A DNA stretch of 64,000 nucleotides from an uncultured virus (IMG/VR IMGVR_UViG_3300021185_003430) (Duplodnaviria > Heunggongvirae > Uroviricota > Caudoviricetes). Location: IMG/VR virus record IMGVR_UViG_3300021185_003430; one strand, written 5' to 3'. Position numbers and translations under genes: made by a program. Within the stretch, counting starts at the first letter, position 1, and each line of letters opens with the position of its first letter. A model generated the notes under the pieces. That model did no database searches. It worked only from the letters and a program-made list of their open reading frames with translations, and was not told the origin of the DNA. This document shows, one piece after another, positions 57,236 through 64,000 of this stretch.

Positions 57236-57738
57236 GCCGCCTCTGCAATAGGAATACTTGCTATTCTAAATAATGGATGATCCTTGACTTTATCCATTAC
57301 CTCGAGCATTTGCGACTTTTCCTGCAAATATAGCTGGGCAAAATTTGGATCATTACGTACTATACTACCAGTGTTGTCTATAAAGTCAGCTAGTTTTATT
57401 AGCTGTACGTCAGCACTAGCATTTGCTATCCTGTCTCTATCCAAGGCTTTACGAGTTTTACGATTTCCTTTGGATAAATCCACATCAGTTAATCCAAATA
57501 CTAGATCACCCACAACAGTACCAAACTTTATACGTATCTCATCATGAGTTACAGGAGTATCCTCTACCACATCATGTAGTAGAGCAGCCGCAACCATGTC
57601 ATCAGTTCCACCATTATGAGCAACTATTTCACTAACACGAATAGGATGTGTTATGTATGGGTCATTAGAGTATTTGCGAGTCTGACCTGCATGGGCCACT
57701 TCTGCAAAAAACTTTGCTCTATCTATTAGTATACTCAT
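57232..57738 (-). CDS. HD-domain protein, small alarmone hydrolase (SpoT/Mesh1)-like
   Basis: AHAGQTRK, PYITHP, AALLHDVVEDT, IKLADFIDN. Confidence 0.85.
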   Translation of the reverse strand: MSILIDRAKFFAEVAHAGQTRKYSNDPYITHPIRVSEIVAHNGGTDDMVAAALLHDVVEDTPVTHDEIRIKFGTVVGDLVFGLTDVDLSKGNRKTRKALDRDRIANASADVQLIKLADFIDNTGSIVRNDPNFAQLYLQEKSQMLEVMDKVKDHPLFRIASIPIAEAA

Positions 57739-57893
57739 TACACAGATCTCGCTTCTAGTTCAGTGACCTTTACACCATATTGACTTGCAACGCCACCTTT
57801 TGCAAGTGATCTGAGGATAGCACCATTGCTATCATCAGAATATTCATAACCAAGAAAAACATCACCACAATAAATTCTCCAACATTTAATCAA
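57738..57893 (-). CDS. Small hypothetical protein (TTG start)
   Basis: TTGA overlap with the upstream stop; C-terminal part of track ORF 57738..58004. Confidence 0.45.
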   Translation of the reverse strand: MIKCWRIYCGDVFLGYEYSDDSNGAILRSLAKGGVASQYGVKVTELEARSV

Positions 57894-58024
57894 AACAACA
57901 TGCCCAAATGTCCTAGTGCAAGTACATACTTGCCTATAAACCAAATCTGTGATGTTATAAAGGCACCTGCAATTGCAGTTCCAATAATTGCACCTGTGTT
58001 CCATTCGATTGTTTGACTAAACAT
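57890..58024 (-). CDS. Small membrane peptide (44 aa, not in the ORF track)
   Basis: MFSQTIEWNTGAIIGTAIAGAFITSQIWFIGKYVLALGHLGMLF; GAGG RBS and TAATG overlap. Confidence 0.55.
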   Translation of the reverse strand: MFSQTIEWNTGAIIGTAIAGAFITSQIWFIGKYVLALGHLGMLF

Positions 58025-58344
58025 TATACAACCTCCTCAAAACCCATCATTGCAACTTCGTACAGTGTAGTACCAACAAGCATCTGGTCACCCATTGAGG
58101 TTGATCGCAATCCCATACCACCTTCATGTAGTGGTGCCATCACTTTTACGTTAGGATTGTAGTCTCCATTTGCTTCACCATTATCAAATGTTTGTTCTTT
58201 ACGGCTCCAAGAACCCATTACGTTGTTAGTCCAACGATAAGCATACTCAAGTGCTTCTTCTACTTTCATATCATCAGCAACATCAACAAATGCTACTGTA
58301 CGTGGTGTATCTTCGAACGCTTTATGAATAACTGCTACTTGCAT
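58024..58344 (-). CDS. Hypothetical phage protein
   Basis: AYRWTNN..SW..LRSTSMGD motif; directly after a promoter. Confidence 0.75.
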   Translation of the reverse strand: MQVAVIHKAFEDTPRTVAFVDVADDMKVEEALEYAYRWTNNVMGSWSRKEQTFDNGEANGDYNPNVKVMAPLHEGGMGLRSTSMGDQMLVGTTLYEVAMMGFEEVV

Positions 58345-58350
58345 AATTAC

Positions 58351-58411
58351 TTCCTTTTGCTTAACTTACTCTTATACTCTAAAGTAAGACGCATTGGTTG
58401 TCAAGAAAAAA
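58351..58411 (-). repeat. Promoter cassette copy 2 (inverted copy of 17636-17700)
   Basis: Reverse complement reads TTTTTTCTTGACAACCAATGCGTCTTACT..TAGAGT..TAAGAGTAAGTTA..AAAAGGAA. Confidence 0.85.
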
Positions 58412-58434
58412 GCGAACCTAAATTCGCTTTGTTT

Positions 58435-58620
58435 TCAATAGGTTGTAATTTTTTTCAACTTTTTTTTAATTTTTTTAAATAAAATACGTGTTCTTCTTAC
58501 ACATACCATAAACGGAGCACCTTTAGGCAAGCCATCTCGCTCCCAATCTATTCCATTAGCTTCATCTTTTTCACGAGCCTCTTTAGCTGCGGCTTCTACA
58601 TATGCTAACCATGCACTCAT
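58435..58620 (-). CDS. Hypothetical protein
   Basis: TAATG coupling; 3' end runs into the promoter's AT tract. Confidence 0.45.
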   Translation of the reverse strand: MSAWLAYVEAAAKEAREKDEANGIDWERDGLPKGAPFMVCVRRTRILFKKIKKKLKKITTY

Positions 58621-58868
58621 TACGTTTTCCTATAACTATTCTTACCACTTATTTTGTTAATAAACATATCTTGTTCCCTTGCCTCATACCATTCATCTTC
58701 GCCTTCATATATATCACATTGATCTATTATATCTTGCAAATGCCAATATAAATCCAGCAACTGAATTTTGTATTGGCTCCGTTGAAAGCCGTCCAAAACT
58801 TTATCTGCTTCATTACTTTTGATATAATCTATCTCTCTTTTTATTTGTATTATAGGTTCTAAAAGCAT
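58620..58868 (-). CDS. Hypothetical protein
   Basis: Intact ORF. Confidence 0.6.
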   Translation of the reverse strand: MLLEPIIQIKREIDYIKSNEADKVLDGFQRSQYKIQLLDLYWHLQDIIDQCDIYEGEDEWYEAREQDMFINKISGKNSYRKT

Positions 58869-58875
58869 TTATATT

Positions 58876-59028
58876 CTACTCTTTATCTTTTCTACGTACC
58901 TTGTATAACAAAGGTATTCCTCCTCTACCAGAACCAATAGTAGACAAATAAAATTCTATTTTATACCCATCTTTATAAACTGTGGGTATATGTGGTTTGC
59001 TAAAAAAATTTATAATTTTCCTAATCAT
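58876..59028 (-). CDS. Small hypothetical protein (50 aa, not in the ORF track)
   Basis: ATGA overlap; MIRKIINFFSKPH...RRKDKE fills the gap. Confidence 0.45.
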   Translation of the reverse strand: MIRKIINFFSKPHIPTVYKDGYKIEFYLSTIGSGRGGIPLLYKVRRKDKE

Positions 59029-59606
59029 TCTGGATGTACACCTGTGTTTCCTGATAGCAATCTTCTTCTTTGTAGTTCCCTAAATGTCATGGGGGTGGCA
59101 TGAATGTTAGGCTTTTTTTTTACTGTGACTGTCTTCATTGGTCCATCTAGCCCAGTAGGATGGAATTCATATAGATCTTTCTGCTTACTCTCACTCGAAC
59201 CACCTTTATTTTTAATTTTAAATTCGCCCTGAGTCTGCCTGCCATTTTCTAATCTTTTCTTAAGTTCCTGCATAGTATCTCGATTTTGTTTAGTATAAGG
59301 TACTACATAATATTTTGGTCTTGTATCTGATAATGAAGTATCTAACGCAACAAAATAAATTACAGGGTCTGCAACTTCTACCCATTTAATTTCTACAGTT
59401 TCATTTACAGGAAATCCTTTAATAGGCGAACCTAGTAGTGCTAAGATAATATTAGAACTATATATTGTGCTAACAAGCAATAATGGTGTTAGTATAAACA
59501 CCATTAAATAATTTCTTCTAGATATTATTAGTGCATATATGGTTGTTGAACCTAATGCAAATAGTAATAATATTATAAAGTAAAGTTCTGAGTATACATT
59601 CATCAT
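59025..59606 (-). CDS. Membrane protein, third gene of the MotA/ExbB cassette
   Basis: Two N-terminal TM segments followed by LGSP and a soluble domain. Confidence 0.65.
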   Translation of the reverse strand: MMNVYSELYFIILLLFALGSTTIYALIISRRNYLMVFILTPLLLVSTIYSSNIILALLGSPIKGFPVNETVEIKWVEVADPVIYFVALDTSLSDTRPKYYVVPYTKQNRDTMQELKKRLENGRQTQGEFKIKNKGGSSESKQKDLYEFHPTGLDGPMKTVTVKKKPNIHATPMTFRELQRRRLLSGNTGVHPE

Positions 59607-59607
59607 T

Positions 59608-60237
59608 TTATTGAGTACCTTCTAATTGTGGATCACTAACAGCGTTTTTAACCGGAACCACTCTTCTATTATGTTCAAATATTCTAGTAACGTTTCCTTC
59701 TTTGTCTACCTCAAAGGCAGGAAATCTAAGTATTTGTCTTGCTGATGTAAATGTCTTAGTTATGCTGTAAGATTCTATATAAGGATTTACATCAATTAAA
59801 CTTACTGTAATATCCAGTTCTGACTCACGCATACTATAAGCATGTACTGCTACATAATATTTGCCTGGTTGTATTCCTCTCATAGTAATGGTTTCACCAT
59901 TTACTCTGACTGCACTAACTACTCCATCAATAACAATAGTATCGTTGGCTATACCCAAGTCATCTTTATCCAAATACCAATTATTCCATTGCCTTTGAGT
60001 AAATCCAACGAATGCACCAGTTTCTGTTTCTATCCAAAGATCCATATCTGAGGGAGACATATCGTCCCACTCTAGCATTAGTAAAATTTCTGCCTTTGTA
60101 GGAACATCAGCTTTTTTTGTTATAGGATTTATAAGTAAAAATGCTAAAATGAATAGCATAACAAATCCAATTAGTATGTTAAATAACATATCATTAAATG
60201 ATAGGTTAGTTGTACCTGTTGTTCTAATTCTTTTCAT
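59608..60237 (-). CDS. ExbD/MotB-like single-TM protein with YfaP/DUF2135-like soluble domain
   Basis: SFNDMLFNILIGF (Asp at the TM start); W..DMDLW, LDKDD, ETI, PGKYYVAVH. Confidence 0.65.
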   Translation of the reverse strand: MKRIRTTGTTNLSFNDMLFNILIGFVMLFILAFLLINPITKKADVPTKAEILLMLEWDDMSPSDMDLWIETETGAFVGFTQRQWNNWYLDKDDLGIANDTIVIDGVVSAVRVNGETITMRGIQPGKYYVAVHAYSMRESELDITVSLIDVNPYIESYSITKTFTSARQILRFPAFEVDKEGNVTRIFEHNRRVVPVKNAVSDPQLEGTQ

Positions 60238-60242
60238 TAATA

Positions 60243-60692
60243 TTATTTTTCCAATAAGTTATATTCTTGAGATACAACCTGTATCTTAATTAGGATATTT
60301 GAAACTAGTCCTGCTAATGTTGTTATAAGAGCAGTACTCATTCCTTTTGCCATATCTCCAATTACAATTTTCATTGCTTGTATATTACTTGGATCTATTT
60401 CTCCTAAGCTATTACTAAGCATCAATATAAATCCAATCAGTGTTCCAACCATACCAATACTCATACAAGTTTCGGCTGAGAACCACGCTAATCCATATTC
60501 GTGCTTGTTATAAAAGCTATTCCATCCTATGTTAAAGGTAGTTATACCCCATATTGCAATGATTACAAAACTAAGTTTAGTAGCATCTGCGCTCATTAGA
60601 TAGTTATAGGCATCGAAGTAAATCACTGCGATACCAAGAGTAATAAGTTGAATTACTGTAAGTAGCCACCATATCATAAAAGATTTAGTCAT
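60243..60692 (-). CDS. MotA/TolQ/ExbB proton-channel family protein
   Basis: IGMVGTLIGFILML and GMSTALITTLAGL TM signatures. Confidence 0.85.
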   Translation of the reverse strand: MTKSFMIWWLLTVIQLITLGIAVIYFDAYNYLMSADATKLSFVIIAIWGITTFNIGWNSFYNKHEYGLAWFSAETCMSIGMVGTLIGFILMLSNSLGEIDPSNIQAMKIVIGDMAKGMSTALITTLAGLVSNILIKIQVVSQEYNLLEK

Positions 60693-60720
60693 TTTAATTT
60701 TTTCCAATTCTGTTGTCTAT

Positions 60721-60728
60721 TATTTATG
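60721..60728 (-). promoter_or_regulatory. Late-type promoter motif
   Basis: CATAAATA on the minus strand, upstream of the MotA-like gene. Confidence 0.4.
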
Positions 60729-60984
60729 TACAGTAACTGAGCTTGAATAGCGTAGCATTACTACTATCTTCACTAAAAATTACATAAACAAAGCAATTAT
60801 CGTATAGGTGTTGCGTTAAATGTGCTCTTGCGTTATTTTCCTTAATATTATCCCTAGCAATACATATACTGCTAGGAAACTTATCTAATACTTCTAATAT
60901 TTCAAAACCTGTTCCGTTTAATTGAAATACTTCTGCATTAGAATATTGATTAACACTGGTATAGTGTGTATGTTTGCAATCCAT
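60724..60984 (-). CDS. Hypothetical protein
   Basis: C-terminal NATLFKLSY motif. Confidence 0.55.
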   Translation of the reverse strand: MDCKHTHYTSVNQYSNAEVFQLNGTGFEILEVLDKFPSSICIARDNIKENNARAHLTQHLYDNCFVYVIFSEDSSNATLFKLSYCT

Positions 60985-62026
60985 TATCTATATTTTGTTT
61001 CTCCTTGAGGGCTACATCTAGTATAACAGACATTCCCATGTTCCAACTGTTTTTATCAAAACCTTTTCCTGTCATTGTTTTACTTATGATATTTGCCAGT
61101 GCTTCTACGCTTTCTTCTTCAACAAACTTATTACCTTCAAACATCCAATCATGCCATTGAAAGAATCTTTCATGGTTGACGTCTATTTCACATCCACTAC
61201 ATAACTTTTCATATGCGATCTGGCTTAAATCACGTATTGGTAACATGAGAGTTTTCATTCGTATGCTTGTTGTATTCTGTTTATGCTGAATATCGTTAGT
61301 ATAACCGTCTAAAACCATTTCCTTAAATTCTTCATAACCATTTTCCATTGCATAATGTATTCCATCTGTTGCAGCAAGTCTTAATAATGCAACCGGCTTG
61401 CCAATAAAATAATTCATTGCTGTTTCAAGATCTACTTTCTTGTGAGATCTTGCTATAAAATATTCTATAACAGACTGGCAGTAATTAGCACTCTCTCTTA
61501 AATCTATAAATCCATCTTCTATATCTTCATTTATAGCTTTGTCAACGGTTTCCAAGCTCATAGTGTGATCAAAGGGTTCTAGTACCCATGATTTATAATT
61601 ATTAACATGTTCCATAAGTGCCATATAATTGGCACTTGTATAATTTGCATTAATTAAAGTATAATCTGACTCTCTAAAGGGCTTATACGGCACACTTCTA
61701 GGTAGGAATAATTTATATTTACTCTGTCTCCACGGAACGCCATCCATGTCTACAAATCTATCTAATTTTTTAGGTATAAATTCTCGTGGATCTTCACTTT
61801 CATGAGCTCCTATAAGAATATTATACAAGTCTCTAAAGTGAAGTGATTTATTTGTATGTTTATTATAAAATTGTACGTTTGTATAAGTGTTCTCATGCAT
61901 GGATTGGTCAGACATCATTGGTATGCCAACATTATTACTAAATGTTGACAAATGATTTAAAATTCCACTGTATTGACTACTGTTTTGTTCAAATGAAACA
62001 TTTAAAACAAGTACATTATTATCCAT
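60950..62026 (-). CDS. Hypothetical protein
   Basis: Long intact ORF; start set at ATG 62026. Confidence 0.7.
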   Translation of the reverse strand: MDNNVLVLNVSFEQNSSQYSGILNHLSTFSNNVGIPMMSDQSMHENTYTNVQFYNKHTNKSLHFRDLYNILIGAHESEDPREFIPKKLDRFVDMDGVPWRQSKYKLFLPRSVPYKPFRESDYTLINANYTSANYMALMEHVNNYKSWVLEPFDHTMSLETVDKAINEDIEDGFIDLRESANYCQSVIEYFIARSHKKVDLETAMNYFIGKPVALLRLAATDGIHYAMENGYEEFKEMVLDGYTNDIQHKQNTTSIRMKTLMLPIRDLSQIAYEKLCSGCEIDVNHERFFQWHDWMFEGNKFVEEESVEALANIISKTMTGKGFDKNSWNMGMSVILDVALKEKQNIDNGLQTYTLYQC

Positions 62027-62942
62027 TAAATACTCTTGCAAGTTCAATCATAGTAGCACTCATATTAATTTCTGGATCTGCCACTTGGGTATGCTTAATC
62101 ATACCTTCTCTTATTACAAGCACACAGCTATCATACTCTAGATCATTATTAGTATACAGATCTAAGTTTTGATATAACCAAGTAAATATATCGTTGTACT
62201 CATCTGCTCTTGCAGTGCTAACAATTAGCTTTCTTGCTTCACTAATTTTACCAGCCTTAAACAACTTAACCATATTTAGTCGCCATTCACTAGAGCTACC
62301 ACCATCTTCAGGCATTGCAAGTTTACCATCAACAATAGTCATTTGTACTGTGTTAATAGTTTTACGTAAGTCAGGATAGTTAGCACGTACCATAGCATCT
62401 AGTGTATCAATATCAAACTCAATAGTATTATCTGCAAGGATTTCAGCAACACGTACTGTAAAGTCTGTTTGATCTAGTTGTTCAATATGGAAGCCTTGGC
62501 ATCTGCTGTGTAATGCTGGAATAATCATGTTAGGATAGTTACATGTTAAAATAAACCTTACGCTGGCATGATATTGTTCCATAACACCACGCAATGCCGC
62601 TTGTCCTTCAGGACTAATATGATCCGCCTCATCAAGTAAGATAACTTTAAAATCTCCCCAAGGCATAGTTTCACTAAACGCACTAATACGTTTGCGAATC
62701 ATTTCAACACCATTATCTCTACTAGCATTGATGTATAGCACATCAGCTTTTTCTACATTTAGCTCTTGTATAAGCACTTTTGCTAATGTAGTTTTACCTG
62801 TACCTGGGCTGCCACTGAAAAGCAAATGCGGAATACCCCCATCATCAATCCAGTTTTGTACTTGCTTGCGCTGATCCCCGTCGCGAAATACATATGTATC
62901 TACACTACTAGGACGATACTTTTCAACCCATAATTCTTTCAT
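62019..62942 (-). CDS. Sliding-clamp loader subunit (T4 gp44/RFC small subunit-like)
   Basis: LWVEKYRP, GSPGTGKTT, INAS, LDEAD, RFILTCN, SRC, PDLR. Confidence 0.93.
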   Translation of the reverse strand: MKELWVEKYRPSSVDTYVFRDGDQRKQVQNWIDDGGIPHLLFSGSPGTGKTTLAKVLIQELNVEKADVLYINASRDNGVEMIRKRISAFSETMPWGDFKVILLDEADHISPEGQAALRGVMEQYHASVRFILTCNYPNMIIPALHSRCQGFHIEQLDQTDFTVRVAEILADNTIEFDIDTLDAMVRANYPDLRKTINTVQMTIVDGKLAMPEDGGSSSEWRLNMVKLFKAGKISEARKLIVSTARADEYNDIFTWLYQNLDLYTNNDLEYDSCVLVIREGMIKHTQVADPEINMSATMIELARVFNG

Positions 62943-63088
62943 ACTCTATCCTTTTTAATATATTCTACAGGCACTTCAGGGTTATTGTCAAGTATTTCCT
63001 GATCTGTAAGTTCTTCAGGTACACGAATACCATACTTATTGAACTGTACATATGCCCATTCTTCAAATTGCTCACGTGTTTTAAACAT
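62939..63088 (-). CDS. Small hypothetical protein
   Basis: Likely start MFKTRE at 63088; coupled on both sides. Confidence 0.5.
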   Translation of the reverse strand: MFKTREQFEEWAYVQFNKYGIRVPEELTDQEILDNNPEVPVEYIKKDRV

Positions 63089-63305
63089 CTTTATATTCCA
63101 TCTCAGTTTTAATATCGTCGCCTTGTTTATCCATTGCAATACTTAATGCAAGAGCCTGTATATCTGCAATTAAAATGTTACAAGCCTCTTTGTCATATGT
63201 TTTGCCACTTAGTTCACTGTACTGATTGCGTAATCTATGTAACTCAATTGATTTTTCATACATTACATTGATACGTCTTGTTAAACTTTCAATGGTGTGA
63301 AGCAT
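63081..63305 (-). CDS. Hypothetical protein
   Basis: Coupled to the prs stop. Confidence 0.6.
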   Translation of the reverse strand: MLHTIESLTRRINVMYEKSIELHRLRNQYSELSGKTYDKEACNILIADIQALALSIAMDKQGDDIKTEMEYKDV

Positions 63306-64000
63306 CAGACTGATCTCACTTGAAACAGACTGCTCACACTTTCTTCATTAGTAACTCTACGGATAGCTTCTCCAAACATATTAGAAACACTAACTACTCT
63401 CGTTTTTTTACAGTCATTAGGACAATTAAACTTAATACTGTCTGTAATTACAAGTTCTTCCAGTAAACTATCTTCAACTTTTCTGCATGCTTTTCCTGTT
63501 AGTACACCATGTGTAATATACGCACGAACACTAAGAGCACCTGCATCCATAATAGCCTGTGCAGCATTACATAGTGTGCCGCCACTATCAACAATATCAT
63601 CCACTAGAATAGCATGTTGTCCTTTAACTTCTCCAATTAGTCCCATGACTTCACTTTCACCTGCACGTGGTCTACGCTTGTCTACAATAGCAATATCGCC
63701 ATTAAACATGTCTGCAAACTTACGAGCTCTTACAGTACCGCCAGCATCAGGTGAAACAAATACTGTTCCTTCACTAACGTTTACATTATACTTGATATCT
63801 TTAGCAAATGCAATTCTGCTTGTTAAGTCGTCTACAGGAATATCAAAGAAGCCCTGTATTTGCCCTGCATGTAAATCCATTGTAAGGATCCTATCTGCAC
63901 CAGCCTCTGTTAGTAAATTAGCTACCAATTTAGCTGTAATTGGAGTACGTGATGCACTTTTACGATCTTGGCGTGCATAACCAAAGTATGGAATTACAGC
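63305..64000 (-). CDS. prs: Ribose-phosphate pyrophosphokinase, 5' end outside the window
   Basis: [46 protein letters not shown]. Confidence 0.96.
   Translation of the reverse strand, partial: AVIPYFGYARQDRKSASRTPITAKLVANLLTEAGADRILTMDLHAGQIQGFFDIPVDDLTSRIAFAKDIKYNVNVSEGTVFVSPDAGGTVRARKFADMFNGDIAIVDKRRPRAGESEVMGLIGEVKGQHAILVDDIVDSGGTLCNAAQAIMDAGALSVRAYITHGVLTGKACRKVEDSLLEELVITDSIKFNCPNDCKKTRVVSVSNMFGEAIRRVTNEESVSSLFQVRSV

Noticed and set aside
57738..58004. Cys-rich 88-aa track ORF as an rSAM substrate peptide
   Set aside because: The Cys-rich N-half is the shadow frame of a better-supported 44-aa membrane ORF (57890..58024).
59025..60692. Zorya defence system
   Set aside because: The MotA-like protein lacks the long ZorA tail, the partner lacks an OmpA-like domain, and no zorC/D/E is present.
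488..63980. Numerous 60-170 aa ORFs antisense to or nested in long genes (e.g. 1252..1605, 15460..15942, 31114..31584, 44252..44761, 45004..45321, 63576..63980)
   Set aside because: They are fully overlapped by genes with clear motifs, lack RBS, and have shadow-like composition.
1..64000. tRNA, rRNA, CRISPR array, transposase, intron or intein
   Set aside because: Intergenic gaps are almost all under 150 bp and are explained by promoters. I saw no cloverleaf, spaced repeat array, DDE or splicing motifs. A covariance-model scan was not possible.
1..64000. Bacterial chromosome or eukaryotic giant-virus origin
   Set aside because: T4-type RNase H and clamp loader, SD sequences, sigma70 plus TATAAATA promoters and many small coupled orphan genes fit a large bacteriophage better.

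Overview
AT-rich, densely coded segment of a large tailed dsDNA phage genome with T4-like replication genes (RNase H/5'-3' exonuclease, clamp loader subunit). It has host-type sigma70 promoters and TAAATA late-type promoter motifs. The host is plausibly a marine alphaproteobacterium (inferred from the style of Prs, MetK and pseudoazurin). No structural genes, tRNAs, CRISPR arrays or transposases were recognised. Left arm (+ strand): auxiliary metabolism and 7-deazaguanine genes (class I aldolase, GT-B glycosyltransferase, folE, PRTase, tdk, MazG-like, queE, hot-dog protein, amino-MTase, sufE, metK), a secreted subtilisin with a probable C-terminal beta-barrel, and a MoxR/VWA pair. Centre (about 21.6-52.5 kb): an island of 16 radical SAM genes, made up of 10 N-terminal-twitch type, 5 C-terminal SPASM/twitch type (two of them split into two genes) and 1 other. 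These are interleaved with Fe(II)/2OG-type hydroxylases, a KdoO-like hydroxylase, an amidinotransferase, a PLP enzyme, a sulfotransferase-like protein, a methyltransferase, an MTA/SAH nucleosidase, a pseudoazurin and HtrA. Right arm (- strand): thyA, folA, HAD phosphomutase, acpS, phosphoesterase, HD alarmone-hydrolase-like protein, a MotA/ExbB-type three-gene membrane cassette, clamp loader and a partial prs. The best candidate for an undescribed system is the radical SAM tailoring island, which appears to be late-expressed and carries its own SAM synthesis, Fe-S supply and inhibitor removal genes. All calls rest on motif recognition by eye; no searches were run.
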